From Parcubacteria group bacterium LiPW_30 (GTDB taxonomy: Bacteria; Patescibacteriota; Minisyncoccia; Phycocordibacterales; VMEP01), in the NCBI GenBank assembly GCA_007375595.1, contig VMEP01000001.1, positions 255,883 to 319,882 of the forward strand: a stretch of DNA of 64,000 nt, given 5' to 3'. Below are positions 1 through 8,896 of the stretch, in pieces; within the stretch, counting starts at the first letter, position 1; the number at the start of each line of letters is the position of its first letter. Under the pieces are notes generated by a model. The model did not search any database. It was not told the origin of the DNA and was given only the letters and a program-made list of their open reading frames with translations. The translations under genes were made by a program, and so were the position numbers.

Positions 1-450
1 GTTGGATTGAAAGATACAGCAAAGACGACTGTTACCGGAATCGAAATGTTCAATAAGACATTGAACGAAGGTATGGCCGGAGACAACGCAGGTATCCTTA
101 TTCGTGGAATAAAGAAAGAGGAAATTACCCGTGGTCAGGTTTTGGCTAAGCCAGGTTCTGTTACACCTCACACAGACTTCGAAGCAGAAGTTTATATCTT
201 GAAGAAGGAAGAAGGAGGTCGTCACACACCATTCTTCTCAGGTTACAAGCCTCAGTTTTATATTCGTACAACGGATGTGACTGGAGACGTGACCCTTCCA
301 GAAGGTGTTGAAATGGTTATGCCTGGAGACACAATGAAATTCAAAGTGAAGCTCGTTGCTCCAGTTGCCCTTGAGGAAAAACAGCGTTTTGCTATCCGTG
401 AGGGAGGTAAGACTGTTGGTGCAGGCGCAGTAACAAAGATTACGGCATAA
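1..450 (+). CDS. tuf: Elongation factor Tu, C-terminal part (gene starts upstream of window)
   Basis: ORF 7..450 translation matches EF-Tu domains 2-3 (GIEMF...[17 protein letters not shown]); open at window start. Confidence 0.9.
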   Translation, partial: VGLKDTAKTTVTGIEMFNKTLNEGMAGDNAGILIRGIKKEEITRGQVLAKPGSVTPHTDFEAEVYILKKEEGGRHTPFFSGYKPQFYIRTTDVTGDVTLPEGVEMVMPGDTMKFKVKLVAPVALEEKQRFAIREGGKTVGAGAVTKITA

Positions 451-550
451 AGACTAGCTATCAGCTTCTAGCTTATAGCTTTTAGAAAATAAGATAGAAT
501 TCTAAATTACTAATGAAGCTAACAAGCTGAAACCTAAAAAGCTAAAAATA

Positions 551-952
551 ATGGCTCAAACAGAATTAAAAACTAAAAAAGTAGTAGAAAAAAAGGTTGC
601 TTCAAAAACACCTCGTGTTTCTAAAGCTTCAGCGAAAGAAGAGGTTATCACCAAACTTCGCATAAGAGTGCGAGCATATGAGAGTAAAATCCTCGATGCT
701 TCAGTGAAACAAATCATTGATACCGCGCTTCGTTATGATGCGAAACTAGTTGGTCCAATTCCACTTCCTACTGAAATAAAGAAGTACACGGTCAACCGCT
801 CGTCATTCGTCTATAAGAATGCGCGAGAGCAATTCGAGATGAGGATTCACAAGCGAGTAATTGATATTCTTAACCCTTCGGCAAAGATTATCGAAGCGCT
901 CACAAACATGAATCTTCCGTCGGGCGTTGATATTGATGTGAAGATGTTATAA
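551..952 (+). CDS. rpsJ: 30S ribosomal protein S10 with N-terminal Lys-rich extension
   Basis: KLRIRVRAYESKILD...GPIPLPT...HKRVIDIL motif set typical of S10. Confidence 0.9.
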   Translation: MAQTELKTKKVVEKKVASKTPRVSKASAKEEVITKLRIRVRAYESKILDASVKQIIDTALRYDAKLVGPIPLPTEIKKYTVNRSSFVYKNAREQFEMRIHKRVIDILNPSAKIIEALTNMNLPSGVDIDVKML

Positions 953-973
953 AAACTGGAAAGCCAGTTTAAA

Positions 974-1006
974 CAAAAAATCCCCAACATCAGGGGATTT
1001 TTTGTT
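974..1006 (+). terminator. Rho-independent terminator after rpsJ
   Basis: aaaaaatccccaacatcaggggattttttgttg: GC stem plus T-run. Confidence 0.6.
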
Positions 1007-1115
1007 GTGTGTGGCTTTGTTTTCCCATACTGTCTCCGCTTTTGCCTTTAAAAACATTGCGTAATTTTTTTGGATCTTCCTAAAATCAAGACTTTTTCTT
1101 CTGAATTTTAATACT

Positions 1116-1212
1116 CCAAAATACCTCCAAAAAACATTGCGCAGTGCGGCGGCACGAGCATAGTAAATTTTCAGCAGAAAATTATACGTGTTTTTAGGAG
1201 GTATTTTAAAAA
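1116..1212. mobile_element. MITE-like small repeat element, short copy; 19-bp imperfect terminal inverted repeats
   Basis: aaaatacctccaaaaaaca ... tgtttttaggaggtatttt (1 mismatch); internal gcgcagtgcg and taaattttcagcagaaaattatacg core shared with the copy at 54941 and others. Confidence 0.6.
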
Positions 1213-1270
1213 AGAGAAATAATGTGTTTTTAGAAGTAAAAGCTAAAAAAAGAAATAATTTACTTATTTG

Positions 1271-1298
1271 TTGCATTTTTTATTGGCTTCTGTATAAT
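1271..1298 (+). promoter_or_regulatory. sigma70-like promoter upstream of rplC (TTGCAT - 16 nt - TGTATAAT)
   Basis: hexamers read directly from sequence; position after terminator and MITE. Confidence 0.4.
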
Positions 1299-1364
1299 CC
1301 CCGTTACTCTTCATTGAGTAGATCTAAGTCCCCGCCAGTTCACGAATTGGCCGTTTCTGGGGAC

Positions 1365-1411
1365 CAATGGACAATCACCCCGCTTTGGTGAAGTCCATTG
1401 CGGTTTTTTTA
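1365..1411 (+). promoter_or_regulatory. Leader hairpin plus U-tract in rplC 5' UTR (candidate attenuator)
   Basis: caatggac...gtccattg 8-bp stem followed by cggttttttt, 40 nt upstream of the rplC ATG. Confidence 0.4.
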
Positions 1412-1450
1412 TTGCAAAAAATGAAATTCCTTTTGGGTATAAAAAAGAAT

Positions 1451-2050
1451 ATGGAACAGTTTTTCTCCGAAGACGGGAGAGCTTTTGCAGTGACTATCGT
1501 TTCTGCAACCCCTCTTACCGTTACGAGAACTAAAACAGCAAAGTCTGATGGTTATTCCGCTGTACAGGTTGGTCACGGAGAAAAACGCGAAAAACTTCTT
1601 TCAAAGGCTGAGTTAGGTCAGAGAAAAGGTTTTGCTAATTTTCGTAAATTGAAAGAATTCAGAATGCCAGAAGAAAAACTTGGTGAATACAAGGCTGGCG
1701 ATATGCTTGATGTTTCTCAGTTTGAAGTCGGCGATAAGATTGCCGTCTCCGGTGTTTCAAAAGGAAAAGGATTCCAAGGAGTTGTGAAGCGTCACGGATT
1801 TCACGGAGGACGCCGTTCTCACGGACAAAAGCACTCAGAGCGTGAACCAGGTGCTATTGGTGGTTCTGGTGGTCGCGCTGGAGGTCGTGTTGCAAAAGGT
1901 ATCCGTATGGCTGGTAGAATGGGTTCTGACCGTGTTACGGTTAAAAACCTTATGGTTGCCGCTATTGATAAAGAGAACAACACAATTTTAATTAAGGGAG
2001 CTCTTCCAGGGAAACCAGGAACACTTCTTGAAATTAGAAAAATTTCATAA
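1451..2050 (+). CDS. rplC: 50S ribosomal protein L3
   Basis: Translation from ATG 1451 (MEQFFSEDGRAFAVTIVSATPLTV...); upstream part of ORF 1367 overlaps the leader hairpin, so the shorter start is preferred. Confidence 0.85.
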   Translation: MEQFFSEDGRAFAVTIVSATPLTVTRTKTAKSDGYSAVQVGHGEKREKLLSKAELGQRKGFANFRKLKEFRMPEEKLGEYKAGDMLDVSQFEVGDKIAVSGVSKGKGFQGVVKRHGFHGGRRSHGQKHSEREPGAIGGSGGRAGGRVAKGIRMAGRMGSDRVTVKNLMVAAIDKENNTILIKGALPGKPGTLLEIRKIS

Positions 2051-2055
2051 AAATC

Positions 2056-2796
2056 ATGGAAAAGTCTAAAACACAAAAGAATAAGGTAGCTACGGCTAAA
2101 GAAAGCGTTAAGAAAGTACGCCCTCTAGTTGATATGAACGCAAAGGTCTACAACCAAGACGGGAAAGATGCTGGCACAGTCGAACTTCCAAAGACTGTTT
2201 TTGATGTTAAGTGGAATGATGATTTGGTTCATCAGGTTATGCTTTCAATGCAGTCTAACGCTCGCGCTGGTACAGCTCACACTAAAAACAGAGGAGATGT
2301 ACGCGGAGGTGGTAAGAAACCTTGGGCACAGAAAGGAACCGGTCGCGCACGACACGGCTCTTCAAGAAGCCCTATTTGGCGTGGTGGTGGTGTGACATTT
2401 GGTCCACGTGCTGAGAAAAACTATGATCGTAAGATAAACAAGAAGATGAAGGTTAAGGCGCTTTACACTGTTTTGTCGAGGAAATTTAGAGATGGTGAAA
2501 TTCTTTTTGTTGATACATTTAAACTAGCTTCTCCAAAAACAAAAGAAGCAAAAGTTATTTTTGAAAAAATAGTAGCAGGAGCAAAGCTCACAAAGACAAC
2601 AATGAAGAAGCGAAATACTGCATATCTTGCACTTGGAGCAAAAGATGTTCAGGTAGAAAAGAGTTTCCGCAATCTTCCAAATCTTGAGACAGGTAATGTT
2701 CGCGATTTGAACCTACTTTCTTTACTTAATCACCGTTACATTATAATTTCCGAACCAAAAGAAAGTATTTCGTTTTTGTCGGCAAAGATTAAATAA
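2056..2796 (+). CDS. rplD: 50S ribosomal protein L4
   Basis: Operon position and L4-like sequence (GTGRARHGS...). Confidence 0.85.
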   Translation: MEKSKTQKNKVATAKESVKKVRPLVDMNAKVYNQDGKDAGTVELPKTVFDVKWNDDLVHQVMLSMQSNARAGTAHTKNRGDVRGGGKKPWAQKGTGRARHGSSRSPIWRGGGVTFGPRAEKNYDRKINKKMKVKALYTVLSRKFRDGEILFVDTFKLASPKTKEAKVIFEKIVAGAKLTKTTMKKRNTAYLALGAKDVQVEKSFRNLPNLETGNVRDLNLLSLLNHRYIIISEPKESISFLSAKIK

Positions 2797-2801
2797 AATA
2801 T

Positions 2802-3158
2802 ATGGCACGAACAGCAAAAAAAGAAGAAGTTAAAGGAATCGCAGTTAAGGCGAGAGTCCAGCCTGTTGCTAAGCAGGCGAAAAATACTGGTGCATATACC
2901 CTTGTTCGCCCACACATCACAGAGAAAGCATCTTTCCTTACTTCTTCAAACGTATATACACTTGTGGTTCCAGTTGAAATGAATAAAAAAGAAATTTCAA
3001 AAGTTGTTGAGAAATTATACAAAGTTAAATCCGTTAAAATCACAACAGCTCCTATTAAGAAGAAGAATATTTTCAATCGCGGAAAGTGGGGCACAAAAGG
3101 AGGTGGGAAAAAAGCTTATGTGTTTTTGAAAAAGGGCGATTCAATTGATTTTGCATAA
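2802..3158 (+). CDS. rplW: 50S ribosomal protein L23
   Basis: Operon position, size, L23-like core. Confidence 0.8.
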   Translation: MARTAKKEEVKGIAVKARVQPVAKQAKNTGAYTLVRPHITEKASFLTSSNVYTLVVPVEMNKKEISKVVEKLYKVKSVKITTAPIKKKNIFNRGKWGTKGGGKKAYVFLKKGDSIDFA

Positions 3159-3168
3159 TTAAACTATT

Positions 3169-4011
3169 ATGAAAACCTACAAACCAACATCACCATCAAG
3201 AAGAAGCATGACAGGCGTAGTATATCGCAATGTTATCACCCATACAGAGCCATTAAAAGCTCTTACCAAGGGTCGCAAGCGAGATAGTGGACGCAACTCT
3301 GCTGGACGCATTACCACTCGCCATAAAGGAGGTGGGCACAAAAGACTCTATCGTGATATAGATTTTAAATATAATAAATTTGATATTCCAGCAAAGATTG
3401 CGAGCGTTGAATACGATCCAAACCGCACTGGTTTTATAGGTCTCGCTGTTTATAAAGACGGAGAGAAGCGTTATGTGCTTTTACCTAAATCTGTTGGAGT
3501 AGGTAACTCTTTTATCGTTAGTGAAACTGCATCGATAACCCCAGGAAATCGCATGCCACTCAAACAAGTTCCTGTTGGTACTTTTGTTTACAACGTTGAA
3601 CTAAAACCAAAGGGTGGTTCAAAAATTGCGCGCGGGGCTGGTGTTTATGTGGAAGTTGTTGCAAACAACGACGGTTACACGCACTTAAAAATGCCATCTA
3701 CAGAAGTTCGAAAAGTTTCTGATAAATGTTACGCATGTATCGGGCAGGTTTCAAACGAAGAACACGGACTTGTAAAAATAGGAAAAGCAGGACGTTCTCG
3801 ATGGATGGGTATTCGCCCAACAGTTCGTGGAACAGCTATGAACCCTGTTGATCACCCACACGGTGGAGGTGAAGGACGCCAAGGACGCGGTCTTCGACGT
3901 GCAAAGAGCAAGTGGGGCAAGCCAACAGGCAAGGGCCAAAAGACACGCGCACCTAAAAAATATTCAAACGTCTTTATTGTTTCAAGACGTAAAGTTGGAA
4001 AGAAACGATAA
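3169..4011 (+). CDS. rplB: 50S ribosomal protein L2
   Basis: Hallmark GRNSAGRITTRHKGGGHKRLYR and C-terminal Gly/Arg-rich tail. Confidence 0.95.
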   Translation: MKTYKPTSPSRRSMTGVVYRNVITHTEPLKALTKGRKRDSGRNSAGRITTRHKGGGHKRLYRDIDFKYNKFDIPAKIASVEYDPNRTGFIGLAVYKDGEKRYVLLPKSVGVGNSFIVSETASITPGNRMPLKQVPVGTFVYNVELKPKGGSKIARGAGVYVEVVANNDGYTHLKMPSTEVRKVSDKCYACIGQVSNEEHGLVKIGKAGRSRWMGIRPTVRGTAMNPVDHPHGGGEGRQGRGLRRAKSKWGKPTGKGQKTRAPKKYSNVFIVSRRKVGKKR

Positions 4012-4027
4012 TAATATAGCTATAAAC

Positions 4028-4060
4028 AAAAAATCTCGTCACATGGCGAGATTTTTTATT
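4028..4060 (+). terminator. Terminator directly after rplB
   Basis: aaaaaatctcgtcacatggcgagattttttatt. Confidence 0.5.
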
Positions 4061-4062
4061 AC

Positions 4063-4145
4063 GAGTTTACTTTTATCTTTACGGGTATAGTATTTCTCTT
4101 AGTTTACTTCTTTAATTTTTTGGCGGAGGAATCATGTCAAGAGAA
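4063..4145 (+). repeat. Direct repeat copy 1 (~80 bp leader: promoter-like TATAGTAT, RBS GGAGGAA, ATG-TCA-AGA)
   Basis: Near-identical to 5081..5162; each precedes a different small ORF starting MSR. Confidence 0.8.
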
Positions 4146-4550
4146 TCAGATGGCATCCTTTTTTCAGCAGTGTGCGGACATTGCGGCGAGTGTTGGGATG
4201 ATCATGAAAATCCGTATCAGTATGGTTGGACGGAAGACATGATGAAACAACGTCAGCCTGGCTTTAAAAAGTCGCTTTATGATTGCCCGGGGTTTCAGGT
4301 CAGAAAGATTGATTTGCCAGACATCATACTTGTTTCTGCAAGACGATTGTTTTTTGGAGAACCCCAATTACCTGTTTTTTGGAAATATCCCGGAATCAAG
4401 TCTGCCGCCGAGCACTGCTTGAAACAAAATCAAGCGAAGTGGGATTCGGCCGAAAGGAAACAGCGGTGGTCAATGTATAGTGACTGTGTGGTCCTTATTG
4501 GCGTTAACCCCAAGACAGGAACATCTGTCGTTGTTGATTGTGGTAGCTGA
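4134..4550 (+). CDS. Hypothetical protein, CxxCxxC N-terminus, GC-rich cassette gene
   Basis: ORF with RBS in duplicated leader; ~50% GC against ~38% background. Confidence 0.45.
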   Translation: MSRESDGILFSAVCGHCGECWDDHENPYQYGWTEDMMKQRQPGFKKSLYDCPGFQVRKIDLPDIILVSARRLFFGEPQLPVFWKYPGIKSAAEHCLKQNQAKWDSAERKQRWSMYSDCVVLIGVNPKTGTSVVVDCGS

Positions 4551-4610
4551 TAAGCCAATTATTGTGTACAAGGTCAGATTTCCGGACGAGTAGTTCGTCG
4601 GTGTAAGATA

Positions 4611-4650
4611 ATCGGCGCAGGGTTCTCACCCCGCGCCGATTTTTATTTTA
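4611..4650 (+). terminator. Rho-independent terminator
   Basis: atcggcgc...gcgccgat stem followed by ttttatttt. Confidence 0.6.
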
Positions 4651-4722
4651 CCAAAGGAAACTTACTTGGTCGTTTACAATTTTTTCAAGATTGCGTAGTA
4701 TCACACATAGAGGGAAAGTTCG

Positions 4723-5016
4723 ATGTTTTCTTACTGGGGGATTTCACCAGTGGACGACAAATTTAAACTGTTTCATGAGATTTCTCGGTTTTTACGTACC
4801 GCCCCACAGCCTGCAGTGATTGCGTGGAGAGAAGGGTGGAGCAAAATTACCCTACATCCCGACGGGTTTGAGTCGTGGGATTCGTGTGGGTGTTGTACAA
4901 CTGGATACTCTCCGGGGTGGTATTGCGAAAATCCCAAGGGGTCTTACCGTTGGATCTGTGGTCCCAAAGGAGAGAGCGTCAAAGGAAAAGCCCCAGAAGG
5001 ACTTTGTTGTTTGTGA
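4723..5016 (+). CDS. Hypothetical Cys-rich small protein
   Basis: RBS GAGGGAAAG before ATG; overlapping alternative frame 4820..5032 cannot be excluded. Confidence 0.35.
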   Translation: MFSYWGISPVDDKFKLFHEISRFLRTAPQPAVIAWREGWSKITLHPDGFESWDSCGCCTTGYSPGWYCENPKGSYRWICGPKGESVKGKAPEGLCCL

Positions 5017-5040
5017 AAACCTGGGTGACTAAAATAAAAA

Positions 5041-5074
5041 CCTGCAAAACCATCTCGGTCCTGCAGGTTTTTCT
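5041..5074 (+). terminator. Rho-independent terminator
   Basis: cctgca...tgcagg stem then tttttc. Confidence 0.55.
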
Positions 5075-5080
5075 GTTATG

Positions 5081-5162
5081 GGTTTACTTTTATTCCTGCT
5101 GGTATAGTATTTCTCTTAGTTTACTTCTTTAATTTTTGGCGGAGGAATCATGTCAAGACTGA
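5081..5162 (+). repeat. Direct repeat copy 2 of the cassette leader
   Basis: Matches 4063..4145 with few substitutions. Confidence 0.8.
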
Positions 5163-5398
5163 GAATTACAAGCGCCCGGGTGCTTGCGAAGATTGCTGGT
5201 CCAGAATGTGGAATTCATTGTCAGGTCAGAATCACTGCACCACTCAACAGTGTTTTTCAGGGAATTACTGCACCAAGTCTCTGGTTGGCAGAAGTGAGCA
5301 GACTTTTCCCCGAAATTCCAGAAAACCATCTTTCCATGGCGCCTGACGATAGTTTCGCTGTGCTCGCGGACCGTATCGCCGAGTACTTGAATCGCTGA
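5150..5398 (+). CDS. Hypothetical small protein (second MSR... cassette gene)
   Basis: Same leader/RBS as 4134 ORF, terminator downstream. Confidence 0.4.
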   Translation: MSRLRITSARVLAKIAGPECGIHCQVRITAPLNSVFQGITAPSLWLAEVSRLFPEIPENHLSMAPDDSFAVLADRIAEYLNR

Positions 5399-5425
5399 CG
5401 AATAACTTCGCCAGAAGAATGAAAG

Positions 5426-5456
5426 AAGCCCTGCGCATGCGCAGGGCTTTGTTTGT
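5426..5456 (+). terminator. Rho-independent terminator
   Basis: agccctgcgcatgcgcagggct followed by ttgtttg. Confidence 0.6.
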
Positions 5457-5741
5457 AGGTGGCCCCGCCGATCGGGGCAGACCTCCTGGTATCTCGTCTG
5501 ATCTAGCTCTCCTTGCTTGGCCGTGCAAGTATGATGCCTGTCGTTTTGACGAGCGGACAACGCCCACCGGAGTGGCGTATTCCAGGGTGAGGGACATGAT
5601 TACAACGACTTGCCTCCTTTACTCATATCCTAAGTCCGATTAGGGAGCAGCATACATCGAGGGGAATATGTGGGCGGGGCGCCCGACGACCCCAAGATTA
5701 GTCACCAAGTCCTTTTTCGATATTATCTGGTTTAGTCTGGT

Positions 5742-5769
5742 TTGACAATGGTTTTTCTTCTGATAATAT
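5742..5769 (+). promoter_or_regulatory. sigma70-like promoter re-starting the r-protein operon (TTGACA - 16 nt - TG-n-TAATAT)
   Basis: Consensus hexamers read directly, 60 nt upstream of rpsS. Confidence 0.5.
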
Positions 5770-5831
5770 GCACGACAAGCTCACTTGGGCTGTTTTTGTT
5801 TGTTTTTCATTAATTATACTAATTACTACAA

Positions 5832-6176
5832 ATGACCAGGTCACTAAAAAAAGGACCATACGTTGATCCACGCCTTCTAAAAAAGATAGAAGGTAAAAAA
5901 CCACTTGAAGCTGGGGTTATTAAGACTTGGTCACGACCATGCCAAATTTCTCCGGAGATGGTTGGTTTTACTTTTGGTGTACATAATGGAAAGAGCCATA
6001 TTGAAGTTTTGGTTACAGAAGATATGGTTGGACATCGCCTAGGTGAATTTTCTCCAACAAAGAAATTCGTAAGACACGGAGGTAAAATGCAGAAAGAGCT
6101 TGAACAGAAGAAGAAACAAGCGGAAATTTCTGCCGCACAGTCTGCTAAGGCAACCGCCGGTGATAAAAAGAAATAA
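5832..6176 (+). CDS. rpsS: 30S ribosomal protein S19 with Lys/Ala-rich C-terminal extension
   Basis: SLKKGPYVD...TWSR...VHNGK core. Confidence 0.9.
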   Translation: MTRSLKKGPYVDPRLLKKIEGKKPLEAGVIKTWSRPCQISPEMVGFTFGVHNGKSHIEVLVTEDMVGHRLGEFSPTKKFVRHGGKMQKELEQKKKQAEISAAQSAKATAGDKKK

Positions 6177-6181
6177 AAAAT

Positions 6182-6604
6182 ATGAAAGCTGCACTTACAA
6201 ATTATCGCCAATCACCAAGAAAGGTTAGACTCGTAACTGATTTGGTAAAAGGAAAAAGCGTTGAGCAGGCAATTGCGTTGCTTACTTTTTCTGGGAAAAG
6301 AGCAGGAGACCCAATCCAAAAGCTAATCCGTTCAGCAATAGCAAATGCTAAAACTAACAACAAAGCTGAGGGTGAACTTTTCATAAAAGAATTTCGTGTT
6401 GACGAAGGGGTAACTCTTAAGCGTTCAATGCCTCGCGCTCGTGGTTCGGCTTTTCCAATTAAGAAACGCCAGAGCCATATTTTATTGGTTCTCGGGGAGC
6501 GAGGAGTTGTAGAGCCAAAAGAGGCAAAGAAGACCACCGCTTCAGTTAAAAAAACAGAGAAATCTGAAAAAAGTATTACTAAGAAGCTAAAAGCTAAAAG
6601 CTAA
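6182..6604 (+). CDS. rplV: 50S ribosomal protein L22
   Basis: Operon position; ARGSAFPIKKRQSHI-like L22 motif. Confidence 0.9.
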   Translation: MKAALTNYRQSPRKVRLVTDLVKGKSVEQAIALLTFSGKRAGDPIQKLIRSAIANAKTNNKAEGELFIKEFRVDEGVTLKRSMPRARGSAFPIKKRQSHILLVLGERGVVEPKEAKKTTASVKKTEKSEKSITKKLKAKS

Positions 6605-6618
6605 AAGCTGTTATTATC

Positions 6619-7299
6619 ATGACTCACGTTGTCCATCCATACGCACATAGAATAGGAATTTTAAGAGACTGGAAGTCTCGCTGGTTCGCAACGCTAGGTG
6701 GGAAATACAGTACCCTTTTACGTGGAGATGTTTTACTACGCGAGTATCTTGAAAAGAAACTCCGTGGTTTTTATATTGATTCTATTGATATTGAAAGAAG
6801 TCCAAAAACATTGCGTTTAAATATTAGAACATCACGTCCAGGAATGGTTATCGGCAGAAGCGGGGAAGGTTCAACTCGTTTACGAAACGATATAGTTGCT
6901 TTCATGAGAAAGAACAAGCTTGAAACTCCTGGTGAGCTAAAAATTGATATTGAAGAGGTTTCGTCTCCGGAAACAAGCGCAGCTATTGTTTCTTATATGG
7001 TTGCTGAAGCTCTTGAAAAACGCCTACCATTCCGCCGTGTTTTGAAACAGACAGTTGAAAAGGTTATGGCAAACCGCGATGTGAAAGGTGTTAAGGTTGC
7101 TTTGTCCGGTCGCTTAGGTGGAGCTGATATGGCAAGACGAGAGCACTTGAAGAGAGGCGGAATTCCACTTCAGACAATGCGCGCTGATATCGATTTTTAT
7201 CGAGAAAAAGCCCATCTTCCATATGGTGATATCGGTATTAAAGTTTGGATTTATAAAGGCGAAATTTTTGCTAAGGATAAGGATCAGGAGAAAAAATAA
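6619..7299 (+). CDS. rpsC: 30S ribosomal protein S3
   Basis: HPYAHRIGI...KH domain...GRLGGADMAR. Confidence 0.95.
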   Translation: MTHVVHPYAHRIGILRDWKSRWFATLGGKYSTLLRGDVLLREYLEKKLRGFYIDSIDIERSPKTLRLNIRTSRPGMVIGRSGEGSTRLRNDIVAFMRKNKLETPGELKIDIEEVSSPETSAAIVSYMVAEALEKRLPFRRVLKQTVEKVMANRDVKGVKVALSGRLGGADMARREHLKRGGIPLQTMRADIDFYREKAHLPYGDIGIKVWIYKGEIFAKDKDQEKK

Positions 7300-7311
7300 C
7301 CCAATAAATTT

Positions 7312-7740
7312 ATGTTATTCCCTAAAAAAGTTAAATACCGAAAGTGGCAGACAACTAGAAAGAATCCTGCTAAGTTAAAGGTGGAGACACGTGGTCTTTC
7401 TCTTTCGTATGGAGCTTTTGGGTTAAAGGCCCAGACCGAGGCTCGTGTAGATAGTAAGCAGATCGAAGCGGCAAGACGCGCAATGTCACGCGCCCTTGGT
7501 AAAACTGGCCGTATTTGGATCCGTATCTTCCCCGACCGCCCAGTTACCGCAAAGGCGGCTGAAGTTCCTATGGGTAAAGGAAAAGGAGACCCAAAGGGGT
7601 ATTGTTTCCAGGTTAAACCAGGAAGGATTTTGTTTGAGGTTGATGGTGTAGTAGAATCAGTCGCGCGCGAGGCCCTACGTAAGGGTGGTACAAAACTTCC
7701 ACTTAAGACAAAGTTTATGAGTCGCGCTGGAATGTTTTAA
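7312..7740 (+). CDS. rplP: 50S ribosomal protein L16
   Basis: MLFPKKVKYRK...RMGKGKG. Confidence 0.95.
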   Translation: MLFPKKVKYRKWQTTRKNPAKLKVETRGLSLSYGAFGLKAQTEARVDSKQIEAARRAMSRALGKTGRIWIRIFPDRPVTAKAAEVPMGKGKGDPKGYCFQVKPGRILFEVDGVVESVAREALRKGGTKLPLKTKFMSRAGMF

Positions 7741-7750
7741 TTATATTTTT

Positions 7751-7948
7751 ATGAAAGATTTAAAAACAAAAAAAGACGAAGACCTAAAGAAACTTCTTGT
7801 TGAGAAACAAGATGCTTTGAGAGCTTTTCGCCTCGGTCTTTCTGGAAGTAAGATTAAGAATGTAAAAGAAGGAGCAGAGATAAAAAAAGATATCGCGCGC
7901 ATCATGACCGAAGTTTCAAGTCGCCGAATTGCAGTTATCGCCAAATAA
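7751..7948 (+). CDS. rpmC: 50S ribosomal protein L29
   Basis: Size and position between L16 and S17; [10 protein letters not shown]-like. Confidence 0.8.
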   Translation: MKDLKTKKDEDLKKLLVEKQDALRAFRLGLSGSKIKNVKEGAEIKKDIARIMTEVSSRRIAVIAK

Positions 7949-7956
7949 ATATTTAT

Positions 7957-8211
7957 ATGACAAAAGCTACTGAACAAAAGAATAAGAAAGTACTAAAGGG
8001 GAAAGTTGTCTCTGATAAAATGGGTAAGACTGTGGTTGTTCTTATTGAGCGATATGTAAAGCACCCTAAGTATGGTAAGTTTATGAACCTAACAAAGCGT
8101 TACAAGGCACATGATGAGACAAACGCCTTCAAGGTTGGAGATGTGGTCGAAATAGAAGAAACTAGACCTATGTCTAAGGATAAGTGTTTCGTGGTCCGCA
8201 CAACAAAATAA
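7957..8211 (+). CDS. rpsQ: 30S ribosomal protein S17
   Basis: [14 protein letters not shown]...KRYKAHDE. Confidence 0.9.
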   Translation: MTKATEQKNKKVLKGKVVSDKMGKTVVVLIERYVKHPKYGKFMNLTKRYKAHDETNAFKVGDVVEIEETRPMSKDKCFVVRTTK

Positions 8212-8215
8212 TTTT

Positions 8216-8584
8216 ATGATACAAGATGGCACAGTAGTAAAAGTTACAGATAACTCCGGAGCAAAAATCGGAAAGGTTTTCAAAGTGCTCGGTGGTTCAA
8301 AGAGACGATACGCGCAAATCGGAGATCTTGTTGTACTTTCAATCAAGATTGCAGAACCACGTAAGGCAACAAAGAAAAAAGATGTTGTTAAGGGTGTTGT
8401 TGTTCGCCAGCGAAAGCCTTTCAAGCGTAAGGATGGTTCTTATATTTCTTTTGATGACACAGCCGTTGTTCTTGTTGACGATAAGGGAGAGCCAAAGGCA
8501 GGACGTGTTTTCGGACCAATTCCTCGAGAGATTGGGGAGCGTGGTTATCAGAAGATTGTTTCGCTTGCGCCTGAGGTTATATAG
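8216..8584 (+). CDS. rplN: 50S ribosomal protein L14
   Basis: MIQ..T...V.DNSGAK. Confidence 0.95.
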   Translation: MIQDGTVVKVTDNSGAKIGKVFKVLGGSKRRYAQIGDLVVLSIKIAEPRKATKKKDVVKGVVVRQRKPFKRKDGSYISFDDTAVVLVDDKGEPKAGRVFGPIPREIGERGYQKIVSLAPEVI

Positions 8585-8590
8585 AAAAAT

Positions 8591-8896
8591 ATGAAAATCA
8601 AAAAAGGAGACAATATAATAATCATTGCCGGTAAGGATCGCGGCAAAAAAGGAAAGGTTGTTAAGGCCATGCCTAAAGACGGTAAAGTTATCGTCGAAGG
8701 TTTAAATATGGTTAAACGCCACAAGAAGGCTCGCAAGGCGGGAACAAAAGGACAGACTGTTTCTGTTGCTATGCCAATCAACGTTTCAAACGTTATGATT
8801 ATTGATCCAAAGGATGGAACACAGACACGCGTTGGGAAGAAACTTTCTGGTGGAAGATTTGTTCGTATAGCAAAGAAGAGCGGAAGTGAAATATAA
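8591..8896 (+). CDS. rplX: 50S ribosomal protein L24
   Basis: KIKKGD.V.IIAGKDRGK KOW motif. Confidence 0.9.
   Translation: MKIKKGDNIIIIAGKDRGKKGKVVKAMPKDGKVIVEGLNMVKRHKKARKAGTKGQTVSVAMPINVSNVMIIDPKDGTQTRVGKKLSGGRFVRIAKKSGSEI

Noticed and set aside
947-1391. ORFs 947..1276(-) and 1188..1391(+) in the rpsJ-rplC spacer
   Set aside because: They overlap the terminator, MITE copy, promoter and leader hairpin. They are low-complexity AT-rich translations with no RBS or conservation signal.
5153-5643. Minus-strand ORFs 5153..5560 and 5265..5597 and plus ORF 5419..5643
   Set aside because: They are antisense to, or overlap, the better-supported 5150..5398 gene and its terminator. They arise from the GC-rich composition, and no start context is present.
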